From Magallana gigas (Eukaryota), in contig NC_088860.1 of NCBI RefSeq assembly GCF_963853765.1, positions 3,224,001 to 3,288,000 of the forward strand: a stretch of 64,000 nucleotides of DNA, in the 5' to 3' direction. Of this stretch, positions 1 through 13,970 are shown piece after piece. The number at the start of each line of letters is the position of its first letter. Position 1 is the stretch's first letter. Both the position numbers and the translations under genes were made by a program. The notes beneath the pieces are model-generated. The model saw only the letters and a program-made list of their open reading frames with translations. It ran no database searches and was not told the DNA's origin.

Positions 1-711
1 AGTATTCATATTCCTACGCTATCCGCCTCCTCAGTCTTTTTCACGAAAATTTAAGTCATTCTTTGATTGACAATTTTTCACTAATGAATATTGCTTATAT
101 TATTACAATAAATATATTATGTTCATGATTATTGTTCGTTAGTTATTATATAATCTCTTTAATTATTAACTGTGTATGAGTGTGTCTTCTTTTTTCTAAT
201 GACGGAATGGTTATGCAACACCTGCACCATTGTAAAATCAATTTAAGGACTCAAGACTGGTGGCAGTACATGAAGAACTATATTCGCTAGTTTTCTTAAC
301 AAGCTCAGTGAATTTTACTTTGATTTCAACAGTGATCGGCTAAGCACAGTAAAAATTCAAGTAATGTAAAAGTCGAATATCTTGGACATGGGGCAACCCA
401 TGTCTATTCTTGTTTATATTAGTTTTATACGTTTTATTTCCGCTTACCACAGAATGAGATGGCTGCCGACAGTCCCCAGGCCACTAAACACAGGCCCACA
501 GAGCCGGTACCCAGTAACACTCCTTTTGGGGAAATGAAGATCCCCGACCCTTGAAAGAAATGCAAGCGAATAAAACATTTTTTTATTTACAGAATGTTTT
601 CTCTTTTTTTATTGAAACATATCCATGCCACTGCTGAACAGTTGCTTGTTTATTTATTTTTTTATTTTGTCACTGCTGTATTGTCTACAGTCCCTGAATC
701 GTATAATTTAA

Positions 712-1049
712 AGCAATATGAGCTGCAATTTTCATGCTGAAATTTTTTTTGTACCAAAATGTTATTTTCTTCTAAAATGACAGAAATATAATGGTTTTTA
801 AATTTCTGTTAGCCTTATTTTGTGGTAAAAGCCGTAAAGAACCCTTAATTGAAGCAAAAATGAATTATTGTCGTCCTGTACAAAAACTGATCTACTATAT
901 ATTCCTTAGAAGAGAAATCTTTCTGCTAACAAAAACTAATGATTTTTTCAAATCTTATTTATCATAAAAGTTGAAGTTACATGCAGACTTTACATACTAG
1001 CAGGTTTTTGAAGCAAAATAAAATTCTAAAAAATACAGCTCATATTGCT
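712..1049. mobile_element. TTAA-flanked non-autonomous DNA transposon (Kolobok-type MITE)
   Basis: Perfect 14-bp TIR agcaatatgagctg (712-725) / cagctcatattgct (1036-1049); TTAA on both sides (708-711, 1050-1053); purine termini fit Kolobok better than piggyBac. Confidence 0.8.
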
Positions 1050-3140
1050 TTAAATATCGTAGTAGTTTTGAAGATTTGTAGTTACACAAGGGGCAATGTT
1101 GTCAAAAAATGGCCGTACCTATGATTGTCCCAACAACGAACGCAATACCGCTCGACAGCCCCAGTCGGCGAGGAACAACCACTTCCGGTTGAACGATTAC
1201 ATCGTTTCCAAACTTGTGTGACATTTCTGAAAGAAAAAAAGATCTTTGTCTAGATTAGGAATAGCCTCTCAAAATCGATTCTACCTATTTTATTGTATAG
1301 GGGCAATCAAATATTAAAAAGATAAAACGATGTGACGAGCCCCTGTGATGAATTCGTAAATATGCAGTTTTCTGTGGGTTGTGATGCGTTATATAATACA
1401 TAGTCATTGTACTCACTTGGTTGTTGTTGGGAGGAACTAACCTACTACACCCGTCGTCTGGTCATCAGTACAGATCCCGGAAAACCCCTTTCATAAAGTT
1501 TTCACCTGTGTGCATCTCTCACTAGGACACTGAATCATACACCTATAACACAGGTATGCTTTACTAACCTGTCGCCCGGGGATAAAAGGCGTGAATATTT
1601 GAATGTATAATTCACTGCACATTGAAGATTTCATAAAAAACAAAACAAAAACAATAAAACACAAACATTATCCAGTCAATGAACGCCAAAATTCGAAAAA
1701 CCCTTAACAATTTACAAAATTTTAATTGTATATATTTAACATTATGATATAAAGTAATTATTCCAAGGGAAAAAGTCGCCTTGACTTTGTATAGAGTAGA
1801 GTGATTTTTTTTTCTATGCTTAATCATGAGTATCTATGCAAAAAAAATAAATAAGGTAATTAGCACAAGAAAGCAGTGAAAAGTTAGTTTTGTCCTAAGA
1901 TCAATGTTAAGTCAGGCATATGGCAGACCCGTAGCATCATTTTTGAAAGTGGATGAGATTTATTATTACTAGACAATAAGAACATATTTTTGACTTAAGG
2001 AAGGAGTCTTCTCGTTATCAAACATACTTCTTATAATAAGAAATTCATGAAAATTTGGCACAAACGGATCATATTACCAAATGATTCTATCAGTTTAATC
2101 AAATTTGACCTTTTTGTTTTCGCATAAAGGTCAGGTCAAGGTCACTCCCTCTTTCCTCAACGTAAAGGATGATAAAAATAAGTGTAGATCTTTGTAATTC
2201 TGTAAACATTTGTTGAAGATTTGAAGATTCTATTCTTCAATGAAATGATAGAATATCAGAATGTCTATCAGCTTATACTACTAAATTGGAATGAATATTT
2301 AAACTAAAATTGATATTGCTTAGCCCGCATTTCCTCTAATTTTCTTAAATTTTGAAGAAATTTTGATTATTTTTTAATGCTTCCAATAATAAAATATTTC
2401 TGATTTTTATGTATTATGAAGACTTTATATAAAGATATAAATTGACAGAAAAGCTAATATATTGACCATTTAATATGAGAGAAAAAACTGATTTTAGTGA
2501 TTTTTTCACAAAAATCAATGAAAAGAATGGGCGCTTTAAAAAGCTTATAAAAATGTAATTTCATAGGCAAATCATATTTTAAAAACATATTCTGAAACCC
2601 AAGTATCATATCATTAGTTCACATTAGTTAAAAAAAATCCAACATTAATGTTATTGTTTTTAAAATGGTAAAACAGACTCATTAATCTGCAGCAATTCTC
2701 AACTGCGAAACATGTGATATTTTCCTACGACAATATTACGCCAAAAATACAGTCCTTGTTAGATTCTAAACATTGATTACTTTTTCTATGCCAAGTTGTA
2801 TGATAATAAAAAAAGAAAAAATATACTATTTTAATTTCCTTTCATCTTGATTTATAGGAACAATTCATCAAATTTACGTTTGACAAGTCGAAAACCAGAA
2901 AAGACTCCTTCCTTAAGTCAAAGACTATACTTCATGATCCTTGGGCCTGCCGATCGTCAAGATTACATCCTACCACAGATGTCACTTTATGCGTTTTTCG
3001 TTATTGGTTTGCATGCAAGAGAACAAATAACTGCAAGTATCAAAGCACAGATAGTCAAGACTAATTTTTTAAAAGGTGTTTGAATTAAAACAAAAACAAC
3101 AATATTTTATACGCTGCGTAAATCCCGGATACCAGCTTCT

Positions 3141-3456
3141 CCCCCCCCCCCCCCCGACATATAGACCAGGGTGGGTGCTTAAATATAGCAGCTGTGCTGG
3201 ATTTTCCACTTCACACATCCATCGCGCAACCTTCCTGTCATTTCTAGAAATACACCCGTGTGTAACACATCGACTCCGTATCTAACGTCTTTCTTCTCGA
3301 GAATATTGACATGGACTCCTTGTGATACACACGGGCATATTTCTTGCTATGACAGAAAGGTTACGCGATGGATGTGGGAAGTGGATAATCCAGCACAGCT
3401 ACTACATGTATATTTAAACACCCACCCTGGTCTACATGTCGGGGGGGGGGGGGGGG
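3141..3456. mobile_element. Foldback element with ~130-bp inverted arms and poly-C/poly-G ends
   Basis: Arm 3141-3269 is the imperfect reverse complement of ~3321-3456; C15 at the left end, G16 at the right end; ~50-bp spacer. Confidence 0.7.
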
Positions 3457-4140
3457 TTTGTTTGGACTGCAGATGGTGTCAATGCGAAATGAACTCTTGA
3501 CATGTGGTCTTAGAAATTTAAGATTCATTTATCTCCATTGTGTCGTTGCTTCCTTGTTTGTTTTTGTTTTTACTTTTGTTATTTGAATTGAAATGTTCTG
3601 TTGAAACATAAAGCGAATGTTACCGACATCTTTTTTGTGTTAAAATAGATTTTCTTTAAACAATCAAACCATTTGATATCTCAGAAAATTTGTGTATTTT
3701 AAAACGGTTACCCGATCGGAACGAAATGCGTTTTTAAAATCAATTTGCAATTCTGAGAATGAATGTCATCGCTAGTTTATAAATAAATGAAGTGCGCGAT
3801 AGACTTCGAAATCAAACTATATGATTCTCACAAAATTATATGATACAGCAAAAAATCAAGAGTTTGTTGTGTCGATGACATTTTGATTGTTAATAAATCG
3901 AGGAAAGAAATACAACGAAAAAGACTGCAATATCAACGGCAGTCACGTGACACGTTTTATCCACTGACGTTACGTCATTCTAGGTCGAGGCAAAACAAGT
4001 CTACAGTCTGGACCCGGTGTAACGAAGAATTTGACCCGGGTTGAAAATTGACCCGGGGGTCATTTTACCACGTTGAATATCGAGACCAAAGGTGTTGAAT
4101 AAAGACCCTAATCCGTTGAAAATTGACCTGCATCGTGGAA

Positions 4141-6767
4141 CCGGTGTTGTATAGCAGTTTTTCCCCCATAGTAGCTTTTCCCCCCGGAAAACCTACTATA
4201 TAGTAGACTTCCCCCCCCGGGGGGAAAATCTACTATATAGTAGCTTTTCCCCCATAGTAGGGTTTCTCCCTCACGTTTTTGGTTCAGATTTTATAACAAA
4301 TATTTATGGAAATCCAGTAAGGATTAAAATCAATGTATCTACACTCCCAGGTTGCATACTAGTACATGTATATGCATTCATCTGTACAGGTTAAGTTTCG
4401 TTTTGCCGATTTATTATTTTTATAGACAATGCTGAAAGTTTAACATGTGTGTAATGGAACTACACATAGAACTTAATTTAGGTAATTTATTGAAAAAAGT
4501 TTTACAAGTTATACACTTATATGCATAATTCTGTGTTCTGAAATTGTATTAAACGAGAATGTTTTTAGAATTTCTTGATAAATTTATCAGACTGTTTGTC
4601 TGTTTGTGAAAATTTCATCCAGGGTAAACCTCTGTTTTAGAGAAATTTTGTTTCCGATGTTTCAGAGCCCGATCCTATAAAATCCTATTATATTAATTAT
4701 AGTGCATATTGTTTAGGGTCAAATGTCTCATAAACTACAGATGACCATATCACCATATTTTTATAGTGGCAGTGGTTTACCACTTGAAGATGATTCTGAA
4801 AATTTCAGCCCTCAGGGTAGGGGCCCTTGATGTTTCAGGGCCCGATGTTTAAAACCCCATTATAATGATTGAATAGTGTTCTATAAGTGGGGACCCGAAT
4901 CTCAAATTCTAGAGATGACCAATTAACCATATTTTCACAGTGATAGTGGTATACCACTAGTAGATGACACTGAAAATTTAAGCCCCCATGCACGTTAGGA
5001 GCCTTTGTTGTTTTTGAGCCCGATGTTTGAAATCCAATTATAAAGAATATGTATTTTTTAGGGCCCCATATCTCAAAAACTATAGATGACCACATGAACA
5101 TATTTTAACGGTCATTTAAAAGTAAAAACATCATTAAAAAATACACAATCACTCATATATATCTTTATCAAAATGATTGAAAATTACGTTTTAATTCTGC
5201 TGCTCTTTTTTAATTTACAAACAATTTTTTTTAAAAAGGTACGCGCGTAAAATTCATTATTTTTCAAAACATTTAATCAATTCATAAGATGACTATTGAT
5301 ATAATGAATAATTAGATAAATAAATCAATGAACTTTTATTCATAAAAGGAGAAACCGAAAATCAAAAATAAATAACCAACCTAAGCGCATATACGACTTT
5401 TTTACTTGTTAGTTGATAAGCAGAACAAGCTTATATTTAAAAAAAGTCAGCTCATCACAATATATGTGTTGGTTGTTTTTTGGTTTGTTTTTTTTGGGGT
5501 TTTTTTAAAATTACCCTTGTTTAATTGTTCGAAGAAATAATATGGTACACAAGTAAATCTTTATTGCAAAAATATGAAACAAATAGTATAAATTTTTTAG
5601 GTAATGGAATCGTATATATCTTGATTTATATAGCATCGTTTTCAAAATTGTATATTTATAAATCACGTTGCAAACTTAAAAAGGGAAAAATAAGCAAATA
5701 GTGAGTGACAATATAAACATAAAGTTAGTTCAGATTCCATTTCACATTTTCCAAAGTAACCAGTAAAGATACCGACATTGTTCTGGTTGTGAAGACATTT
5801 CATTGTTTTTTAAAATGTTTACATCATAATATCTCGCGTTTCGTACATGTAGAAATGTGCTTAAAATATGAATATACGTAACTTTAAAACTAAATGGTGA
5901 ACACTAACTTTACACATGCTTTTAATGCATAATTAAAATACCCCTTAACCATGATTTAGAACCCCATCAATCAAAGTAAAACTAAAACATTTCAGTTTCT
6001 CATCATATCATTGCATCCTGTCTCCCGTTTGATATTTAGAAGAAGAAATATATACTAGTAATTGTTTTTAAGATCGTCAATTCTAGCGGTATTAATTTAA
6101 AATTGATGGCCTTTTGGACGAAGGGAGTGATACATTTCCACTTTTTATTCCCTTCCTCTACAAAATTAAGTCAAGATTGGTCAGTTAGTTCCCTGGGAGA
6201 AGCTTATACATTAATGGTAATACATTTCCAAACCGGCGTATTTTCACTCAAATGTGTTCTTACATGTTCATAACGTCGAAGTCAAAACTGTAGATAAGCA
6301 TCGATTAGATGAAAAAGATTCAAGGTATTCCGAAATCCGTGTAAAAGGTGTTGCAAAAAGGGATGAGAACAGGTGAAATAAACGATGATGACACATGCAT
6401 GTTATGAAGGCGCATGCCTTAGTTCATATTTGGGGTTGAAAAACCATGTATTTTATTCTAGGTATTAATAAATGGCATAATTATCCTTTTTTGTGAGAAA
6501 TTACTATCATATCAGTTATTGCAAATTATTGTCACGAATGGTCCACAATAAACATGGCCGGAAAGTAAAAATGGGGGAAAATCCACTATATAGTAGGTTT
6601 TCCGTGGGGGTAATCTGGCTATAAAAAGGGGGAAAGCCCACTATATAGTCAGCTTTCCGTGGGGGAAAAACTGCTATCTAGCCATTTTTCCGGAAGGAAG
6701 AATGGCTATATAGCCATTTTTCCGGGGGGAAAGATGGCTAGGGGGAAAAGGCACTATATAACACCGG
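4141..6767. mobile_element. Non-autonomous TIR element with CCGGTGTT termini
   Basis: 27-bp TIR (22/27 identity) ccggtgttgtatag...ttttccccc; subterminal repeats containing CTACTATATAGTAG-like palindromes at both ends (4190-4260, 6585-6720); no long ORF. Confidence 0.7.
4600..5110. repeat. Degenerate ~174-bp tandem repeat (~3 units) inside the TIR element
   Basis: Anchor gcccgat at 4667, 4840, 5018; anchor agatgacc at 4739, 4913, 5084. Confidence 0.6.
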
Positions 6768-9078
6768 TTCAAAATTCAACAGCAAAGAACCACAAATAAA
6801 AGAATCAATATTTATAACTTGAGTTTATTTCATAAAAAATTATCAGTTTTTGCATTTTTATTGTTTCAACGGAGGGGGGGGGGGGTTAAAAATGAGACTT
6901 AAATGATTATTTTTAAATTTACAGATAATCCTTTTAAGTATGTAAAAGCTATTTTGTTCATGATAAACTTTTCGCGTATAATTGCTGTTTTGTGTGATAT
7001 CTATATATACATATATATATTTTTTTAAATATGTTTTAAGAGTGTTTGTATGCATGGTTACACGTTAAAATATACAATTCAGTAAAACTCCTTCTTTTAA
7101 ATTCGTTAGAGAAGTGTACAAAGATTTTTAAAAAACTACAATACAAATACTACAGTATTAAATAATTATATGAGCATTTCCCATATATAATTGTAAGACA
7201 TATTGTTGGTAGACATGTTCACTCACCTACATTAACAAACCAATCACCTTCATTTATACTTGCAGAGATACAAACATAAGAATGAGATATTCATGATCCA
7301 GCCCATTTGAAAAAAAACAGTAAGTAAAAGACAGGGACAGGTGGAGACAGTGTATCCGGGCCTTATGTGCCAGCGGGCACGTAGAGGTTAGGTGAGGTGA
7401 CTGACGTCCGCTATCCACTCAATAATAAAAATTGTCAAATAAAAATTGTAAATTGTAAATTATTAAAAAAAAAATTTATTCTGCAATTATTTTTATTAGT
7501 TGATCCATTAACTTTGATATGGGATCAAAAATATTTTTTCAAGTGTTTTAAAATACGTGGATTTGACTACTGTATCCTGCGCAAAAAAAAAAGCTGATAA
7601 AATCCAGGTCGACCACGTTAAACATTAAATTTTTCTCGTCATGGCGTCCTTCCTTCCAATCCTCATATTTTGAGACGGCCCCCAAAATACGGTAGACTTT
7701 CAAGAAACTTTGCAGGAAACCTACAGCGATCTAAAAAAAAAAAAATCACGGGCTGCACGAAATAATCATGATGATGTCAGCTTCAAACTCCCATAGGAGA
7801 TGATTTAGCTGTTTCTTTTAGCTTACATACCGATGTACATTAACAGTAATTTAGTGTATTTTACTTACTTTTACGATAAATTTATTAACCTGTTAAAAGA
7901 AAGATGCAAATATAAACAACAAAACGGTTTCTTTGATGATTCATGCGAGTTATGAAAGTGGTGATATTGCAGAAAAATACATAACCCGCGTCAGCGGGTA
8001 ATATTATACATTTATTGCATGACTGTGAGGAAAAAAATGAAGATTCCCGAGGGAAATAGGACTTTCCTGGGGGAATAAATCCTCATATTTCCCTAACGTT
8101 CATGCAATAAACTGTTTATTATACCAAACGACAGGTGATGATTTAGAATATATCCGGTTCTAATCTTTTTTTATTTCTAGTATGACAATAACGTACTTAA
8201 TGTTGATCGGTTTCTTTCTATTTTTGAATAGAATTCATCATTTATGGTATCTCACTCCTCACGCTTTGATTTTATTGCGCATATGATCATGATATAAAAA
8301 ATGAATATTATTTTATTATTTTATCTTATTATCACAGAAAGATTAATATTTCATATTAACACAACATTTATAAAGAAAATCCATTTAAATTCAAGAAACA
8401 AACAAGTTTGGGGGGACTCTATTTTTTCGTGCGGAAGGTTTTTTGGACGAAAATGACAGAAACAAGCAAAATTATGAATTTTTAATATATTTTTGTTTTC
8501 ATTATACTTTATTCATTATTCATATCATTTGTTACATTCTATATAAGATCTGTGTGACATGTACAAAATTAAATCTTTACAGAGTGATACACGTTTAGCA
8601 TAAAATCATGCAAATATATCTATAAAATCCAAATTTTTCGAGAATTTTACCTTTCAAGCCCTATATCTAAAATTTGACATCAATGACCCCCCCATGTTTT
8701 ATTACGTCAAAATAATACTGAATACATATTAAGGCAAAATAGATAAATCTTATTAAATTCTTGATATTCAAAAAGTTTTTATTCGAAATCAAATTGTAAG
8801 TATTTAAATAAAAATTGTCTATATTAAGTGCAAAAAGGTCACAAAAGAGTTTATGCAGCTTCGTACATAATTTTCGTGATCCCTCTATTCAGTGTGACCA
8901 TTGTGCATAATTAAAAACAATATTTGAAGAAATTAGTTTGCTTAATTAAAAATACTGACAACAAATCCTAATGAGGCTGAAATTGCATTTAAGGTGCAAA
9001 AAGGTCAAATTAAATGGACAATAACTCAGAGGGATGAATACTGAACCCCCCTCCCTCCCCCATTATCTTTACATTTTT

Positions 9079-10214
9079 AGCCGGGCTCTGCTTTCAGCAG
9101 AGTCCTGGCTGTATGCAATCGCCAATGTTGCTATAAATAGCACAACTTCAAAAGTAAACAAAAAACCAAACAGCGTCAAAGAAAAAGCTTCCGCTATACT
9201 AAATTGTGACACAAAGAGCCAAGATTTGTCAAAAGTGTTGGCATTTTTTTTTAATTTCGAGAGAATTGTTGTGTCCATATGAGGCATCCGGCAAATGTTT
9301 CCACGTGCGCACACATTCCACTTGCATAAGTAGTTCTTATAAAAACTTGAAGTTTGGTTTAGTATTTATATAACATTTGTTTAGTTTTCTTATTATTAAC
9401 GTGTTTTAAAAACAAGACTATTCATTTTGGACAGATACAATGCGCATGAATTTCCATGAAATACTTTGCTGCGCGTTAAAGAAATGGGGATTGAATATAA
9501 AAGCTTATCTTTTAAAAAGATTGGTGAGCTAGCGCTGTAGCCATCATAAAATACAGAAGCAAATTTCTAAAACATTGGTTTATATTTCTAAATCAATTAA
9601 TTAAATATAGGTAGGCACGGTGGTGTACTGGAATTGTACTGGAGTGTGGTCCCAATTTAGAACTGTGAATCTAGAGGCATGGCATAGCTCATTGACTGTG
9701 CCTTAATCATTATGTATCTACTGTAATTTTGTAAATTTTCAAGAACCATTGGTACTGTAACAGTGTTTTGTAGCAATCGTATCTTCTCGGGCCTTTCCGG
9801 CAAGCTCGGAAAACATATCCGCAGTTGTTTTCCGAGCTTGAAGAAATTTAAGATAAAGCTAGCTATTTATTATAATATTGAAAATAACTTTGCATTATAA
9901 GACCTAAGCTACTGTTACTTTTTGACATTTACAATAAAACACAAAATCATGTGAAAATGATAAAACAAAATTCAAATGGTACAGTTTATCTACAGTAGTA
10001 CAGTATTCCCAGAATCCCCTACTTTGGAGTCGAGCATGCGTATTCCAGTGAAAAAGACTAACGTAGTTGCTAGCGCTCGAGAGCGCTAGCAATAACGCTT
10101 CTTGCAAAATTCAAGGCAGCAACTGTTAAATTTTTTCTACTAGACAGACATATTTTTGTTTATAACCGCTTGCAAAAGTTGGTCGCTCTTTGACGCTCTG
10201 CCGACATTAAATGC

Positions 10215-10292
<78 letters not shown>

Positions 10293-10360
10293 CAGTCTTT
10301 ACTACACAATATGCATAAAGACACACCAAAAGAGCCCGGCTTTCAGTACTTCAGTACTTT
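9079..10360 (+). mobile_element. Helentron-derived/DINE-like non-autonomous element, long copy
   Basis: 11-bp sub-TIRs agccgggctct (9079-9089) / agagcccggct (10331-10341), 5' hairpin ctctgctttcagcagag, (GA)n at 10221-10288, 3' agtact-tc-agtact palindrome, T-rich flanks; second copy at 18656. Confidence 0.7.
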
Positions 10361-11889
10361 GATTTAAGTAAGTTTTGTCTACAAATTTCAATGATATACA
10401 TGATATACTTCTCAAGATATTCTTGATACAAGTTAACAACATTGAGGAGTGGGATACCTTAAAGATATACATCGTATGCTCATCCTCGGGATTTTTTATA
10501 GGCATGGAATGAAAATATGAGTGGGTTGGATATGAGGAAAAATATGTCGATTACAGGGAAAAATGAAGTTTTATTTTCCTGGGACATGATTGTCTAGAAC
10601 CAATCAGATGTCGCGTTATATGTTATAGAGAAGAATCAAACTGAGGTATGATAAAAAAAAAATTCTGCAATGATTCCTATAGCATTTTATTGTTTAATAA
10701 CGACAAAAGTGATTATGAGTCATAGTGCTTGAATGAAAACAGAGATTTGTCATTGTTTGGTCTGTCTCTGATTCAGCGTCTATTTTACGCGGGAGGTGGG
10801 CTAGTGTCTTACATTGCTTCGCTTGACGTAACTTAACCTTACCTTAGTTTACTTTATCTTACCATACCTTATCCCCTTCTGAAATTAAATATTTTCTGAC
10901 TCTCAAAAAAATCTTATACTGTGTACTATATTCTTTCACACTCAGGAATGTAATGCTCGCCGTTTTTGAAAGGGGGCTTATGTAAAATTTTATGTACATA
11001 AAGTTTCACTATGCATGATTTTCAACTTAGTGCAGTAAGATTTGTGTGAAGGGGGGAGTGGCAGTTTGTTCAAAAGCGTACATTTGAGAAAAATTTCGGC
11101 GATGAAAGGCGTGTTAAAAAGTTCAAGGAAATCATGTAAATGATTAATACTAGTTTTTGTTGTTGTAAGTTGTTTTATGTACTCAATTTTCTGCGTGTTT
11201 TATCTAAAATTTGTTAATCGATATACAATAAAAGAACGCAGTTAGTGTATACTGTTGATAAATCACAACTTATGAGGTATTTTAAACCGTGAGTTAGACT
11301 TTAGAAGTTATTGCCCATGGAACATTCTGGAAAGTCGAGTCATTAACTCTTTACCATTGCAAATCATGACATTATCCTTGGTGTCCATTCTTCTATCAGT
11401 CTGTTTGTATATTGATTTTATAACAGCCGTAGTATCTTTTCCAATATCTAACCTTATTTACACAAAGAGAAAAGAATCGAGTTGTAATTAAACGATCACA
11501 TTTCTATGCAGCAATAAATAACAAGAATTTTCCCCATCATTTTTTTACCTTTATAAAGCCTTTGTGATAGGTTTATTTTGATCCTTTGAAAATAAATGTA
11601 CGCATTCGATCTAGTCAGTAGTGTACCATTTCAACTCAGCTTCGCTTGTTCAACTTTCATTCCAATCAAAGCTTTTCCGAATCTTCAATACAATGTGTTT
11701 ATTTACTATAAAACCGTTATATTTTTGTTTTATCTTGGAATAATTTAGTTCTGGCTGTAACGCGCTTTCGGATTGGCTAAAAAATGTTTTATAAAGGATG
11801 TTGCCTACGTCATAGTAAGACTAACGTCAAAAATGTATTAATCCGCCTGACGTTACGTTTGAATTTTGCACAATTTGATGTCATTTTAA

Positions 11890-12817
11890 GGACGTTGGAT
11901 CCTGCGATCAAAAGTCTTAAAGTTTTTTCCTAAAGTATTTTTTTTAAATCTACACACATAGCTTAACCAAAATTCAAAACAAAATTTTGGGGTCTATATG
12001 CTTCATTTGGCGCTACGGTGTATTTAATATGACCTCCTTGACTGAAAGTGCAGATTGCCCATAAACCGCTTTTCCCTCTATATTTTATTATCGGAATGAA
12101 CCACGGCACCAAATACAAATTTATACTACTTAATTAAAATAAATAAAATTTAAATTATCATAAAGAAAAATGTTACAATTTCTTCACCTAATTGATTTTT
12201 TGACCTTTTTTCACTGATAAAACGCTATTTTTATCCATTACCAATTCAACATGTAATGAAATTATTTAACAATCTCAAACTTTTTTTCAAACTATGATAA
12301 ACTTATCAGGAAAATCTTAAAACGTCAGAAGATAAAACAAAAAGTATGGGTCTATTATGTAAAATTTGAGATATGGCATGAAATAAGCTGATTATAGGCA
12401 AAAATTGGGATTCATTTTTCCTTGACTTTTATGAAATATAAGTTAAATTTGCCAATATGTGTCGATAAAAATATTGAAAAATTATAAAATTATGTTTTTC
12501 ATAACAAAATGAAGACATCCTAATGCACAAACTATCTGGAAATTTTGTTTGAACTGAAAAAAGGAAGCTAAAGTGACGGTACTCTAAAACAACTGAGTTA
12601 TGAAAAATGTTCATTTTCTTCTTAAAAACCTTCCGCCACAAAATATAGTCCTATACTAAACTCCATAAATATGTAATTTTTCCATTACTATTTTATTTTA
12701 AATAGTTTAATTGGCATTATAAAATTTCAGTTTATGGGTAGAATCAATATATGATGCATAATTTCTAGAATACAGGTGACCCAAAATGGCTACCCAAAAA
12801 CAGAGGAACGAACCTCT
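11890..12817. mobile_element. Possible degenerate TTAA-flanked (Kolobok-type) element
   Basis: TTAA at 11886-11889 and 12818-12821; termini match at only 10/14 as inverted repeats. Confidence 0.35.
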
Positions 12818-12870
12818 TTAAAGGTCAAATGACTGTTTTTATCTACAATTAATAGCAAAAAATTAAATTA

Positions 12871-13027
12871 TAAGGAATGAATTCAATATTTTATAGTTTT
12901 ATACGATATAAAATGGTTTGGGGCAGCTTACGCTTTTTTAATAAACCGCTTCGCGGTTTATAAAGCGTAAGCTGTCCCAAACCATTTTAAATCGTAAAAA
13001 ACTATAAAATATTGAATTCATTCCTTA
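12871..13027. repeat. 157-bp near-perfect palindrome (foldback element)
   Basis: taaggaatgaattcaatattttatag...ataaaccgc-ttc-gcggtttat...ctataaaatattgaattcattcctta. Confidence 0.8.
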
Positions 13028-13154
13028 AAATGTTAAGAAGAACTTTCATAATTTGGGTGGCAGAGAAGGCAGAAGTTGGGTTCTGTATTCTGTCTTTTCT
13101 TGGTGTCATTATGATGTGAACTCCTTCTCTGTTTATTGTTTTTCCTCAGTTTTT

Positions 13155-13735
13155 AGGACACGTGAGTTACTCAGGTGACCTTTTACCTTTGACTTTGTCC
13201 GTCGTCAGGCGTCGTGCATCGTCCGTAAACAAGTTTACATTTTCAAGTTACTGAAAACTACAATGCCAATTGTTACCGTTTTGGTATGCATCAAGATAAG
13301 AGGAATCTAAATTGTAAAGTTTACGACTTTACCACCCCAGGGCTCATGGCGGGGCCAAAAATGCAAAAAGGCCAAATTTTAAAAATTCTTTCTCTCTTTT
13401 CCACAAATCATGTAGAAAAAATCTAAATGGTACCTATGAAGCCCTCTACTGAAATTGTGAACGCCATGAACCCCGAGTTTAAGATGTTTTACATCTTAAG
13501 CTAAGATATAGAAAATCCGAGATTCGCCCGACCCCCCCCCCCCTTTAAAAAAAAATAAATAAATTTGTGTTTGCAAACATCAAATAATAAAAGCGGGGTA
13601 ACAGTCAGAGGACCTGGGATTAGGATTTAGACTCCAAAACGAAGCTAAAACTGCGAACAAGAAACTTCCTAACACGTCTATTTATGGGCTATGTTACTCA
13701 GGTAACCGCCAAACCATGACGGTCTTTTGTTTAAC
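13155..13735. mobile_element. Degenerate Helentron/HINE-like interspersed repeat
   Basis: ctcaggtgac...tttgtccgtcgtc start and actcaggtaacc...tcttttgttt end resemble common bivalve HINE termini from recall; not verified by search. Confidence 0.35.
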
Positions 13736-13764
13736 GTGTATCGTCATTTATTCACCGTTACTTC

Positions 13765-13970
13765 TGTTATTTATTTATCGTTATCGTTACCTTTCGTATT
13801 TGTACGTGTAACCTGTCATTTATTTATCGATAGCGTTACCTTTCGTTATTTGTACGTGTAATCTGTTATTTATTTATCGTTATCGTTACCTTTCGTTATT
13901 TGTACGTGTAATCTGTCATTTTTTTATAGTTATCGTTACCTTTCGTTATTTGTACATATAACATGTCATC
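13765..13970. repeat. 50-bp tandem repeat, ~4 copies
   Basis: cgttacctttcg at 13785, 13834, 13884, 13934. Confidence 0.85.

Noticed and set aside
2847-3500. Short ORFs, including two similar peptides at 3076 and 3258
   Set aside because: They are by-products of the foldback repeat and its homopolymer runs.
10156-10362. RE-repeat ORF (also 18817, 62059) and SL-repeat ORFs (16729, 22451)
   Set aside because: Translations of (GA)n/(CT)n microsatellites; only 18993-19066 of the 18817 ORF is a real exon.
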